Origin: a virus
Lineage: Duplodnaviria > Caudoviricetes
IMG/VR virus record: IMGVR_UViG_3300016478_000063
Location: 1-64,000 of that record
DNA: 64,000 bases
Direction: 5' to 3' (one strand)
Shown: positions 9,516-18,177 of the stretch, one piece after another
Layout of the letters: each line of letters opens with the position of its first letter
Numbering within the stretch: position 1 is the first letter of the stretch
Made by a program: the position numbers and the translations under genes
Notes under the pieces: generated by a model
Seen by the model: only the letters and a program-made list of their open reading frames with translations
Told to the model about the DNA's origin: nothing
Databases searched by the model: none

Positions 9516-9849
9516 CCCAAGAGATATGACACAATACCGAGAACAAGCTCTGGAAGCTCGCCTAGCTAAACAAGAAGCAGCTAAGAATCTACAGCAAAGC
9601 TGGAGTGACCTCCCTCATTGGAAAGAGTTAGCTTCTAAATATGGTGTACGGCTTCCTAGCTATGTACATCCAAACACAGAGACAAAATATCTGCGTAGGC
9701 TGTTCAACAAAGTGGATATGGACATTAAAGATTATTTGGAGTATTGTGGCGTATCAACTCTCAAGAAATTGGTAGCCCTAAATCCAAATTATCCTGCTTT
9801 CGCTGAAGTGGGGTTTGCACTTGAGTATATTGATGAACAAAAGCAATAA
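9508..9849 (+). CDS. Hypothetical protein
   Basis: GAGGAG RBS before ATG 9508. Confidence 0.75.
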   Translation: MTNPRDMTQYREQALEARLAKQEAAKNLQQSWSDLPHWKELASKYGVRLPSYVHPNTETKYLRRLFNKVDMDIKDYLEYCGVSTLKKLVALNPNYPAFAEVGFALEYIDEQKQ

Positions 9850-9965
9850 ATCCTTATACTTTTGATAGGGTAAATGCCCTTATCTTTAGTTAGGTAGGGC
9901 ATTATACAGGTATAGGATTAAACACTGTTTATATAGCTAAAATCATAAGGATTTAAGGAGAAATT

Positions 9966-10661
9966 GTGGAACACATTAGAACACTGGATTTAAGAAAACA
10001 CAAAGGAAGATGTTTCTTCAGCACCGACCTACACGGACATTATGACCTCCTACATGAGAAACTGAAGGAAGTAGCGTTTGACTCTACAAAAGATATTCTT
10101 ATTCTTGGAGGTGATTGTTGCGACAGAGGCCCAGACAGCCAATATGTCTTAGATTATCTAAACGAGCCTTGGATTTATTGTGTACAAGGCAACCATGAAC
10201 GAATGGTGATTGATTTTATTGAAGCTCTCGCTACAGGAGATGAGCGGGAAGTAAGACAACCTTATCAAATGCTCTTCCATAATGGAGGTGAGTGGTTCTT
10301 CGATCTTAGTAATAAGCAACAGATGGATGTTTATCAATCCTTTAAGTCTCTCCCTCTCGCTATCGAATTGTTGACTCCAACAGAGAAGATTGGTATTGTT
10401 CATGCTCAGTGTCCCTACAACAACTGGGAGGAGTTTAAGAAAATGCCAAAGCTAGAGCTTGAATTTAATGGCTATGCTACAGCACAATGGGCTAGAACCA
10501 ATTACGACAGGCAATGGCAAGAAACTGTTAAAGACGTTGATAGGCTTCTTGTTGGTCATACACCAACAAACAGTGGAGATGTGGAAATTCTTGGGAATGT
10601 GTGGTATTGTGATTTAGGTTCATTCTTTAGGAATAAGATTAGTTTTATTCAGATTATGTAG
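9966..10661 (+). CDS. Ser/Thr protein phosphatase, lambda NinI-like metallophosphoesterase
   Basis: DLHGH, GDCCDRG, GNHE, GHTP motifs. Confidence 0.9.
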   Translation: MEHIRTLDLRKHKGRCFFSTDLHGHYDLLHEKLKEVAFDSTKDILILGGDCCDRGPDSQYVLDYLNEPWIYCVQGNHERMVIDFIEALATGDEREVRQPYQMLFHNGGEWFFDLSNKQQMDVYQSFKSLPLAIELLTPTEKIGIVHAQCPYNNWEEFKKMPKLELEFNGYATAQWARTNYDRQWQETVKDVDRLLVGHTPTNSGDVEILGNVWYCDLGSFFRNKISFIQIM

Positions 10662-10669
10662 GAGGGGTT

Positions 10670-10918
10670 ATGAAATCACTTATGTGGGTTGCTGTAATTC
10701 TAATGTTGTCAGGGTGTAGTCTTGATCCTGAATATCAGAAAGCAGTGAATAACTACGCAAAAGATAACTGCAAAGGAAAGCTTTTGGAAGTCTCTACAAA
10801 AACTGGGGATGGAACCCTTGACTCCCGAATGGCTTATTGGTGCATTGAAGATTCTGGGGTTAAGACATACTGGGTTACTGTAAAAGAGATTCCACAAAAG
10901 TATCGGGAGATAGAATGA
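10670..10918 (+). CDS. Putative lipoprotein
   Basis: Hydrophobic N-terminus with lipobox LSGC. Confidence 0.75.
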   Translation: MKSLMWVAVILMLSGCSLDPEYQKAVNNYAKDNCKGKLLEVSTKTGDGTLDSRMAYWCIEDSGVKTYWVTVKEIPQKYREIE

Positions 10919-11042
10919 AAGTAAATTGTATTATGGACTCAGTGAAGTGGGAGTTATGTGGTTATTGTGAGTACGGGTATAGGTTATTCAGGACAGAGAC
11001 AGGAGTTGTAAAGAGATTTCCTGTTCCTTTGTCGGAGGTGTA

Positions 11043-11234
11043 TTGATGAAAACTTTACTGGGTTTGGTTCTACTGGTAGTGTTAGGTTTTATTGTATTCG
11101 TTACACTATCAGCTCTCGGTCTTATGATTGCTTTGATTGGGGCAGCATATGCTTGGTGGCAGATTGTCTTAGGTACTATTCTTGGTATGATTATTGTCCT
11201 TGTACATATGTTGGACGAGGAGAAATCAGAATGA
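11043..11234 (+). CDS. Small membrane protein
   Basis: Almost entirely hydrophobic, two TM-like segments; GGAGG RBS. Confidence 0.7.
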   Translation: MMKTLLGLVLLVVLGFIVFVTLSALGLMIALIGAAYAWWQIVLGTILGMIIVLVHMLDEEKSE

Positions 11235-11497
11235 CTAAGAAATATACATACTACGATGATAGTTGGTGGGATTGGCCTCCGTGTGATTGTTGCCAAGGCG
11301 GTCTAATGGAGTGTTACAATAGCTCTGATACAGAAAGCAACTTAGGCTCTGCCCATAGCGAAGAACATTGCTATATACAAGCAATCATTACAGAGTGTGA
11401 CGCCTACAAAGAAGATGAAGGGCTTTGGGAATTAGATTTAGACAGCTTGAAGAAAATAGCTAAAGAGATTTGTATTGAAGTGGAGATTATTTCTTGA
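11231..11497 (+). CDS. Hypothetical protein
   Basis: GAGGAG RBS, ATGA overlap; in frame with ORF 11153..11497. Confidence 0.7.
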   Translation: MTKKYTYYDDSWWDWPPCDCCQGGLMECYNSSDTESNLGSAHSEEHCYIQAIITECDAYKEDEGLWELDLDSLKKIAKEICIEVEIIS

Positions 11498-11685
11498 AAG
11501 AAGAGAAGATTCTTATTCTTGAACAAAGAGTTAGAGAGTTAACCAATAAACTTTCATACCTCGACCAACTACGTCCTCTTGTTAAATCAGATACAGAAGG
11601 GTGGATGAGGAAAATATCGTTTGAACAGATGAGTGAATATGCTGTCATGTGGATGAAACGAGAGGGGAAGTGTAATGAACTATAA
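11494..11685 (+). CDS. Hypothetical protein
   Basis: TTGA overlap, GGAG RBS. Confidence 0.55.
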   Translation: MKEEKILILEQRVRELTNKLSYLDQLRPLVKSDTEGWMRKISFEQMSEYAVMWMKREGKCNEL

Positions 11686-11893
11686 TTATAATTCTTACAA
11701 CGACTTCTGGATGGAACGTATGTCACGAACAGCCATGGAGAACGGAACAAACACGTTTACAAAAGAAGAGATTGAATGGGCGCTCAGTATGACTGATTAT
11801 AAGTATTTTGGACACTACGAGCTAGACGATAAACAGAAGATGGCTGTAGACATTCTTGTGTGGGCTTCACAGAGATATTTGGAGGGTGAATGA
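11675..11893 (+). CDS. Hypothetical protein
   Basis: GAGGGG RBS, operon packing. Confidence 0.65.
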   Translation: MNYNYNSYNDFWMERMSRTAMENGTNTFTKEEIEWALSMTDYKYFGHYELDDKQKMAVDILVWASQRYLEGE

Positions 11894-12072
11894 CGAATTG
11901 TCCAATATGTAAAAGAATTCTGAAGGAACGAATCAAAGAACGTAGACTGTGTACGCAATACACTAATGACAGTAAGAACTATATGACTTCTTGCTTCAGT
12001 TGCTTTGAAGAACGTAATAGGATTTATAAAGAAATGTGGGATGAGTATAAGAGTAGTCAGGGAGTGTGGTGA
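11890..12072 (+). CDS. Small Cys-rich hypothetical protein
   Basis: CPIC...CFSC; ATGA overlap. Confidence 0.65.
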   Translation: MTNCPICKRILKERIKERRLCTQYTNDSKNYMTSCFSCFEERNRIYKEMWDEYKSSQGVW

Positions 12073-12764
12073 TGAATAAAGATTACAAAGACGACAACAT
12101 TTGGCTAATGTTTGGTGATTGCCTTGAAAGGATGAAAGAAATTCTAGATGGAAGTGTTGATTTGGTGTTGACTGACCCTCCGTATAACATTGCACGAGAA
12201 AATAACTTCCATACAATGGGCAGGGCAGGTATTGACTTTGGTGAATGGGATAAAGGGGCTGACATTTTTACATACATACATGAAGTTTCTCGTGTACTCA
12301 ACGGAAACGGAAGCTTCGTCGTGTTCAACGATTGGAAGAATTTAGGTGATATTGTCAAGTTTGCTGAGAGTTGCGGGTTTGAAACTAAAGATATGCTTCG
12401 ATTGGAAAAGTCAAACCCAATGCCGCGAAATAGGGATCGTCGATATATTACCGATTTTGAGTGTGCAATTTGGTTCACTAAGAAAGGTGCGAAGTGGGTG
12501 TTTAATCGTCAAGATGAGAAATATCAACGCCCTAAGTTCGTTCATAGTATTGACAAGGGCTTACATCCGACACAAAAATCCCTGAAACTTATGGAAGATA
12601 TTGTTAAAATTCACACCAACCAAAATCAGTTGATTTTAGATTGTTTCATGGGTAGTGGTACTACTGGCGTAGCTTGTAAAAACCTTAATCGTAAATTTAT
12701 TGGTATCGAGATGGATGCAAGTTACTTTGGAATAGCAAAAGATAGGATTGTAAATGACAACTGA
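12066..12764 (+). CDS. Orphan N6-adenine/N4-cytosine DNA methyltransferase (beta class)
   Basis: Motif IV TDPPY before HPTQKS and motif I LDCFMGSGTT. Confidence 0.92.
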   Translation: MVMNKDYKDDNIWLMFGDCLERMKEILDGSVDLVLTDPPYNIARENNFHTMGRAGIDFGEWDKGADIFTYIHEVSRVLNGNGSFVVFNDWKNLGDIVKFAESCGFETKDMLRLEKSNPMPRNRDRRYITDFECAIWFTKKGAKWVFNRQDEKYQRPKFVHSIDKGLHPTQKSLKLMEDIVKIHTNQNQLILDCFMGSGTTGVACKNLNRKFIGIEMDASYFGIAKDRIVNDN

Positions 12765-12831
12765 AGGACGTACATCTATCGAAGTGCTAGATGCAATCAT
12801 GGGGAGTGGGAAGACAGAAGGGATTGAATAA
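12754..12831 (+). pseudogene. Truncated N-terminus of a P-loop helicase-like gene (25 aa)
   Basis: MTTEGRTSIEVLDAIMGSGKTEGIE*: Walker A (GSGKT) then an immediate stop; GATAGG RBS, overlaps methylase stop. Confidence 0.65.
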
Positions 12832-12849
12832 AATATTTTTCAAATAAAT

Positions 12850-12879
12850 GTGACTTTTGTTAATCTCGGAGCGTATAAT
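12850..12879 (+). promoter_or_regulatory. sigma70-like promoter
   Basis: GTGACT-18-TATAAT right after the truncated gene. Confidence 0.55.
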
Positions 12880-13185
12880 GCATGAAAGAACAAATATCTT
12901 GTTCTGCACGTAGGAAGTAAAAACATGAAAGACACTTTTGAAAGCAATCTCAAGGAAGATTTTGATAAATTAGAAAAGGATTATTATGGATTGCAATCAG
13001 TTCTGGACAGTATTAAAGACAACTACGTCTGCGACTGTACGAAGAACTATGGCAAGGTTTGTAAATATCCAGATAAATATAGAAGTGGAGGGTGTAAATG
13101 ATTTTCTGTGCAAACCTAAAGCAAGTGATGGCAATGAAACAGGCATTCATAGCTAAGTGGGGTATTAATAAACTAAGAGAAGATT

Positions 13186-13758
13186 ATGAAAGATCAACAA
13201 AGAGTTAAAGTTCTTACTGATAAATATGATGACACCCTAATCTTCTCAGAGGACACAGGAGAGATTATTCAAATAATCAAGAACGATAAACCTAAGAAGA
13301 AAGTAAACTCAATAGATAAATATGTCGGTGTGGATGTTAGATACCCTAAAGAGTGTCTGACTGAAGATCAGCTCTTAGAAACACTATCAGTTCTGGACGC
13401 ATATGTAAAAGACAAACCAAAGATCAACACCAGATACCTTGTTGAATCTATGTCTGCTGGATACCTTACAGGACAACAACAAACTTTCCTGTTCAACCTT
13501 TGTGAAAACCTTACAGGGTGGAATATCTTTATTGGTACAAGAGAACAACTCTGTACATTTGGTGTAGATAGTAAGAGTCTAAAGAGAGTCCTAACATCCT
13601 TGTCTCTAAAATATCTCCAAGTGGTATCAGAGAACACCCCATACAAGGGGTGTGTAATTATTCAGGTAAATCCACTAATAGGGTGGAAAGGAGACAACCA
13701 GATACGAGAACAAAAGAAGCTTGATTGGTATGGTGTTGGTACTGATAGCAGTGTTTAG
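13186..13758 (+). CDS. Hypothetical protein, possible RepL-like winged-helix DNA-binding protein
   Basis: C-terminal HTH-like SKSLKRVLTSL followed by IQVNPLIGWKG, resembling the NP..xKG signature of RepL-type proteins (recall, unverified). Confidence 0.5.
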   Translation: MKDQQRVKVLTDKYDDTLIFSEDTGEIIQIIKNDKPKKKVNSIDKYVGVDVRYPKECLTEDQLLETLSVLDAYVKDKPKINTRYLVESMSAGYLTGQQQTFLFNLCENLTGWNIFIGTREQLCTFGVDSKSLKRVLTSLSLKYLQVVSENTPYKGCVIIQVNPLIGWKGDNQIREQKKLDWYGVGTDSSV

Positions 13759-13781
13759 CGCATTAATGCGCAGAATTAACA

Positions 13782-13839
13782 CCTAAACCCTTATGTGCCA
13801 AGGACTCTTAAACCTTATTAATATATAAAGGGTAAGGTG
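13782..13839 (+). repeat. Left copy of imperfect inverted repeat (partner 23351-23429)
   Basis: CCTAAACCCTTATGTGCCAAGGACT...ACCTTA..ATATAT..GGGTAAGGTG matches the reverse complement of 23351-23429. Confidence 0.6.
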
Positions 13840-14130
13840 AAAATATCCCAACCCCTATTTTCAAGGGCTACCTTTTTGGATAGTCCTTTCTTTTGCCTAT
13901 AGAAAATATCATAAGTGTTGTATTCATTAGTAGCATTACATTTCTCGAAATACTGGCTCTATATTTGAGGGTCTTAACTGCCCATAACGCAGGCCTATTA
14001 AATACAGCTATTTGTTGGAAATATCAGAGCCTTATCATCATTGGACTATATATATAGGGTACCTTTAGTGTTGCTTCTTAATAGTAGCTTAGTGTTGCTG
14101 GGGGTATTAAGAGGGTGGCTTGTTAGTGGT

Positions 14131-14210
14131 GCTTTATATGGGCTTTATATGGGCTTTATAGAGAGTTTAATGGGGATTAAGAGGGGGCTTTAATGAGGGA
14201 TTGATGAGGG
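14131..14210. repeat. ~11-bp-periodic degenerate tandem repeat in a 670-bp non-coding region
   Basis: GCTTTATATGG x2 then GCTTTATAGAG, AGTTTAATGGG, GATTAAGAGGG...; CTTTA at 14132, 14143, 14154. Confidence 0.75.
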
Positions 14211-14489
14211 AGTTGAAAGTAGAGGAGTAAATAGGCTTAACACTTAATGATCCCCAAATGGCCTTCAATCGACAGTAAAGGAGCATCAGAGGCACACTAA
14301 TAGGATAGCTATAGTCTGCCGTTAGACTGATGCCATAAAGGGTTCACAGCTACTGTTTCTGTGGCTTATGGTGCTTTATAGGCTGCACTGAGGACTATGC
14401 TTTAAGCGGCCCGTAAAGCCCTGGAAAGGGCTTTGATTGTTCCCTATAGGGTAGGCAAGGGTGCTGCTGTATCGTTTGTTGTAGGCATG

Positions 14490-14512
14490 AAAAAGCCCGC
14501 TTTAAGCGGGCT
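14490..14512 (-). terminator. Rho-independent terminator
   Basis: AGCCCGC-TTAAA-GCGGGCT plus TTTT on the minus strand, after ORF 14532..14936. Confidence 0.8.
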
Positions 14513-14531
14513 CCTTTTGTGTGTTTGTTGT

Positions 14532-14936
14532 TTAGTACTCGTTTCGCCATGCTTCATACTGGGCATCTTGCTCTGCCTGGGAATCGAGGCGCTCCCAGAC
14601 TTCCCAGATAGCGGCCTCGATTTCTGGTTCTTCTTGTGAGGCATGGGCCACCTCGCAATGGGTAACATAGTGGCGCACCGATTGTTCGATCTCTTCCACT
14701 ATGTCAGAGGGTAGACGAAACTCGACAAAAGCCATGAAGGCATTAAACAGAGCCATGTCAGATTGTTCTCTTTCCTTCTCTGTGCCGTTGCAAGACGTGA
14801 AAAGCAGGGCATCCATTTGAGCATCACGCTTCACAGAGGCCCAGAATCCGTCTACCACGAAAGGGGCAAATTGATTGGCAATGGCCTGAGCATGAGCCAA
14901 GCGATCAGAGAAGGAAACGAAAGGCATGGTAATCAT
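14532..14936 (-). CDS. Early-type hypothetical protein
   Basis: AGGAGAG RBS, own promoter and terminator. Confidence 0.75.
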   Translation of the reverse strand: MITMPFVSFSDRLAHAQAIANQFAPFVVDGFWASVKRDAQMDALLFTSCNGTEKEREQSDMALFNAFMAFVEFRLPSDIVEEIEQSVRHYVTHCEVAHASQEEPEIEAAIWEVWERLDSQAEQDAQYEAWRNEY

Positions 14937-15002
14937 GGTAACTCTCCTGGCCGTGGTATCAGGTGGCCTACCTGTTGGGGCTTGCTTGCCTCCGATGACT
15001 AA

Positions 15003-15030
15003 AGATTAACACAGTCTAGCCAGGATGCAA
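15003..15030 (-). promoter_or_regulatory. sigma70-like promoter
   Basis: TTGCAT-16-TAATCT with A-rich UP element. Confidence 0.6.
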
Positions 15031-15170
15031 GCCCTTTTTTAAATTATTTTTAGATAGCCATGAAAGCCCTGGGAAGTGCTTGTGTTGCGTCTTCCTGGCA
15101 TAGCCTGCCTATGCACTAGATGGAAGAGAAAAGCGATTCTGGGGCTTTTCCATGGGGCTGTGTACTGAAT

Positions 15171-15200
15171 AAAAAGAAAAAGCCCGGAATCGTCCGGGCT
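15171..15200 (-). terminator. Rho-independent terminator
   Basis: AGCCCGGA-CGAT-TCCGGGCT plus TTTTCTTTTT. Confidence 0.85.
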
Positions 15201-15218
15201 TGTGTGCTGCTGTTGTTC

Positions 15219-15491
15219 TTACTCCTCCATCCATTCAATCTCGCTGTCGTCTTCATTCTCGATAGCTTCTTCAAGCTCGGCCTGGATTTCGCTTTCATAA
15301 TCGCCAAGCCCTACGCGGAATGCTACTGGGTCGATGGCTTCAAGGGCTGTGCCAGCATCATAGCTCAGGCCACAGATTGTAACAGGATCATAGACATCAT
15401 TAAGAAACTCCAAGTACTCATCCTTGCTAATGTCCACTTGGCCACGGGTAACAGTGAAACCACGGAAGAAAGCGACGTTCTGAATGTTCAT
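15219..15491 (-). CDS. Acidic early-type hypothetical protein
   Basis: AAGGA RBS; own promoter and terminator. Confidence 0.8.
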   Translation of the reverse strand: MNIQNVAFFRGFTVTRGQVDISKDEYLEFLNDVYDPVTICGLSYDAGTALEAIDPVAFRVGLGDYESEIQAELEEAIENEDDSEIEWMEE

Positions 15492-15539
15492 AATGTTTTT
15501 CCTTTTGGTTTGAAAGGCTTTATTGCCTTTGTCGTGTGT

Positions 15540-15568
15540 ATTGTGCGCCCTTTTCGGGGCGCAGTCAA
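15540..15568 (-). promoter_or_regulatory. sigma70-like promoter with 7-bp hairpin filling the spacer
   Basis: TTGACT-17-CACAAT; TGCGCCC/GGGCGCA at 15544-15563. Confidence 0.75.
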
Positions 15569-15573
15569 GTTTT

Positions 15574-15801
15574 TTATTTGTGTTTTTGGACGATCATTTT
15601 GCCGCTGTTGTGCTCGATTACCTTTGCTTTGCCAGTCTTCTCGATATCGGAGAACACCAGCATAGCCTTAATGTCGGCCACAGTATCTTCATACACTACA
15701 GCAAAAGTCTTGCGCACAAGGTTAAGTGCAGCGTGCTCGTCTAGAATCTTTTGACCAACAATAGCATCATTCTTTTTGATGGTTACGAGATAATTTTTCA
15801 T
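15574..15801 (-). CDS. Early-type hypothetical protein
   Basis: GGAG RBS, own promoter. Confidence 0.75.
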   Translation of the reverse strand: MKNYLVTIKKNDAIVGQKILDEHAALNLVRKTFAVVYEDTVADIKAMLVFSDIEKTGKAKVIEHNSGKMIVQKHK

Positions 15802-15836
15802 GGTTGGTGCTCCAGTGGTTTGACTTTCTTGTGCTC

Positions 15837-15865
15837 ATTATCGTCTATGCTCGATGCCTTGTCAA
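15837..15865 (-). promoter_or_regulatory. sigma70-like promoter
   Basis: TTGACA-17-GATAAT. Confidence 0.8.
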
Positions 15866-15911
15866 TACCCAAAGCAAAATAATTTTTATACGGGTGAAGA
15901 AAGCTTTCTTG

Positions 15912-15946
15912 AAAAATAAAAAGCCCCAGCTATAATACCAGGGCTT
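15912..15946 (-). terminator. Rho-independent terminator
   Basis: AAGCCC...GGGCTT stem plus TTTATTTTT. Confidence 0.75.
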
Positions 15947-15965
15947 TGTCAGTCTGTAGATATGC

Positions 15966-16229
15966 TCAGGCGGGCATCAGGTCGATAATGTATGCGTTTC
16001 CTTTGCCGTCTGGCATTACACCTGCTGCGATAATTTGCCACTTGTAAGAGTCACCGCCACGCTTTGCGTTCAATTCATCAACCAAAGATTGAGCTGCTGC
16101 CTTGTGGTTTGCTTCGCTATTTAGAGCATGATCCCATGCCACGCTTTTACTTTTGAGCCAGCTTTTTGCCAGGATGCGCGAGCCTTTGGTATTGGTCGGG
16201 CCTTTATATTGAGTGGTGATCGTTTGCAT
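15966..16229 (-). CDS. Conserved phage hypothetical protein (YKGPTNTKGSRI motif)
   Basis: AGGA RBS, own promoter; motif recalled from phage early proteins. Confidence 0.8.
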   Translation of the reverse strand: MQTITTQYKGPTNTKGSRILAKSWLKSKSVAWDHALNSEANHKAAAQSLVDELNAKRGGDSYKWQIIAAGVMPDGKGNAYIIDLMPA

Positions 16230-16280
16230 TTTCTTAATTCCTATCTAGTCGCCTTCGCTTTATTGCTTGGGCTTGTGTCT

Positions 16281-16309
16281 ATTATGGCACCATCCTAAGA
16301 CAGTGCCAA
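16281..16309 (-). promoter_or_regulatory. sigma70-like promoter with inverted repeat linking -35 and -10
   Basis: TTGGCA-17-CATAAT; TGGCAC/GTGCCA at 16285-16308. Confidence 0.7.
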
Positions 16310-16462
16310 TTGATATTTTCTATGGCTACTGTCCTGCTTGATTATCCTTTTCTATTGTAAATCTCTTTGGCAATCATAAGCGCAAAAACTGGGCTGTATT
16401 TAACAGCGATTCGCTCTGCCTTTAGTAATTCAGCCATGCTGGCTTGTTTTAAGATATTCATT

Positions 16463-16693
16463 TTAGCTCTCCAGCTCTTTTAATAGTTCGTCGTCTGTCA
16501 TGCTATCGACTTCACTTTCTACAGTCAAGCCTTTTGACAACAAAAATTCCTTTTCTTTTTCAATTTCTTTTTCTAGTTGCTTCACCCAGACAATGCGCAA
16601 TTCTTTTTCTTTGTCAGTCTTTGCATTGTCTAGCCTTTCCTTTTCATTGTCAAGCCGATGGCACAGGCTAAAATAGTGGTCGAGATTGTACAT
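16463..16693 (-). CDS. Early-type hypothetical coiled-coil protein
   Basis: Start reassigned to MYNLDH (ATG 16693), in frame with ORF 16463..16747. Confidence 0.65.
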   Translation of the reverse strand: MYNLDHYFSLCHRLDNEKERLDNAKTDKEKELRIVWVKQLEKEIEKEKEFLLSKGLTVESEVDSMTDDELLKELES

Positions 16694-16870
16694 GATGTCA
16701 GCCCTTTGTTTCGTTCTTAGCTGAAAGAAGTTTAATCGAAGCGCCATTTACAGTGATAAGAATGTCACAATCCTCATCCGAAGCAACAATGTAGCCATAT
16801 TCCATAACTTCGTGAATGTTCATCTTCTTTATTCCTTAGCGCTTATGCGCTTCTCTGTTGTGTTGAGCTA

Positions 16871-16899
16871 ATTATTGCACTGCCTTTTGAGCTGGTCAA
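16871..16899 (-). promoter_or_regulatory. sigma70-like promoter
   Basis: TTGACC-17-AATAAT. Confidence 0.75.
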
Positions 16900-16921
16900 G
16901 CTTTTTGTTAATTGAATTTTT

Positions 16922-17227
16922 CTATGAGCGCAAGCTTTTCAATACAGTCTCTGTACACTCTCCACCATGCCCATAAAAACGAAAGCCAGACAAACATTCT
17001 CGATCATAGGAAACACGCAGGAAATTCTGGCCCTTTTTGTTGGCAATGTACACTGTAGCACGCCCTTGTCCTGGCGCTACTTGAAATTTGCCTTTCTGGC
17101 AATGCTTATACATGCCATTGCTGGCGTTTACAGCCAGACGCATTGCGGCATAAGTTCGTGCCTGTGTGTTGGGGTGATTCTGGGCGCTAATGTTCAACGT
17201 GATGAAGTTTCCTTTGTTTGTGTACAT
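16922..17227 (-). CDS. Early-type hypothetical protein
   Basis: ORF downstream of a TTGACG promoter-like site. Confidence 0.65.
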   Translation of the reverse strand: MYTNKGNFITLNISAQNHPNTQARTYAAMRLAVNASNGMYKHCQKGKFQVAPGQGRATVYIANKKGQNFLRVSYDRECLSGFRFYGHGGECTETVLKSLRS

Positions 17228-17268
17228 GTTTTGTCTATGTGTTCGTTTTATAGCTTTTCATCGACACG

Positions 17269-17535
17269 TCAAGCAATTTTTGTAATGAAAAATGAAATTG
17301 TATCTCCGTTCACTTTCTCTTTCCACGTCATAACGCCAGAAACATGATAAAACCCTTCTTTCTCGCTTTCGTTTTCGATCAATTCATATTCCAGAATTGA
17401 AAGCAATTCTTTCTCGCCTTGCTGGTCTACATACTCCCGCATAAGGCACCCGACTTCTTTTCTTGCGCTGTTCCATTTGTATTTGGTTACATTGTGGCCT
17501 TTTGTGCTGGTGATTAAAAACTCTTCACGCTTCAT
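17269..17535 (-). CDS. Early-type hypothetical protein
   Basis: GGAG RBS, own promoter. Confidence 0.75.
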   Translation of the reverse strand: MKREEFLITSTKGHNVTKYKWNSARKEVGCLMREYVDQQGEKELLSILEYELIENESEKEGFYHVSGVMTWKEKVNGDTISFFITKIA

Positions 17536-17569
17536 AGTAGACGCTCCGTGGTTTGTCTTAATGTTTGCT

Positions 17570-17597
17570 ATTCTACAGCAAACAAAAACCCTGTCAA
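17570..17597 (-). promoter_or_regulatory. sigma70-like promoter with inverted repeat centred on -10
   Basis: TTGACA-16-TAGAAT; TGTTTGCT/AGCAAACA at 17562-17584. Confidence 0.75.
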
Positions 17598-17642
17598 TTG
17601 ATTATTCTAATCCTCCAACAGGGCTTGATAGATTTTGTTGAT

Positions 17643-17984
17643 TTAGATGTTCAGTTCTAATCCTTTCTTAATCCATGTCACAATCTGTTTTGTGGCTCTT
17701 TCCTGTGCATCCTTAAAACCCTTTGCATCAAATTTGATTTTGTCCTGATCCTCGCCATATTGCCCAGCGTTTACTTCCAGACGCCAAACGTCGCTGCCTT
17801 TGTATTTCCAAAGTTTTACTTGGTTATTGTGTGGGCTTGTATCTTCATGCAATCCTTTCAGCATATAAATAATTTTATCTTTTGTTTGCTTTGTTTCTTC
17901 TTCTTTATACCATTCTGCTTTGAAACAGAGAAATTCAACAGTTTTGTACAGCATCAAAAATTTCATAAGAATAGTCTGCATCAT
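17643..17984 (-). CDS. Early-type hypothetical protein
   Basis: ORF in co-oriented island; start uncertain. Confidence 0.65.
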   Translation of the reverse strand: MMQTILMKFLMLYKTVEFLCFKAEWYKEEETKQTKDKIIYMLKGLHEDTSPHNNQVKLWKYKGSDVWRLEVNAGQYGEDQDKIKFDAKGFKDAQERATKQIVTWIKKGLELNI

Positions 17985-18114
17985 TCTTTGTTGTTGCCTG
18001 TTCTACAGCCTCTTCTATTTCCTCTTCCATTTTATTGAGAATAATCAAAGCTAATTCATTGTCTTCAATTCGTGCCTTATATTCAAGTTGGGATAGGCTG
18101 AGAAGATTATTCAT
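17935..18114 (-). CDS. Early-type hypothetical protein
   Basis: GAGG RBS before ATG 18114, downstream of promoter 18149-18177. Confidence 0.6.
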   Translation of the reverse strand: MNNLLSLSQLEYKARIEDNELALIILNKMEEEIEEAVEQATTKNDADYSYEIFDAVQNC

Positions 18115-18148
18115 TTTTGAAGCCTCTGTGTTTTGTGTTCGTGTTGGT

Positions 18149-18177
18149 ATTGTTGCCCATCCTTGGGCTTGTGTCAA
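18149..18177 (-). promoter_or_regulatory. sigma70-like promoter with hairpin in spacer
   Basis: TTGACA-17-AACAAT; GCCCA-AGGA-TGGGC at 18155-18168. Confidence 0.75.

Noticed and set aside
14131-14210. Possible CRISPR array
   Set aside because: Repeats are ~11 bp, directly abutting and degenerate, with no unique spacers and no cas genes.
17245-17272. sigma70 promoter TTGACG...TAAAAC
   Set aside because: The -35 is good but the -10 is poor at 16-17 nt spacing, so it is not listed as a feature.
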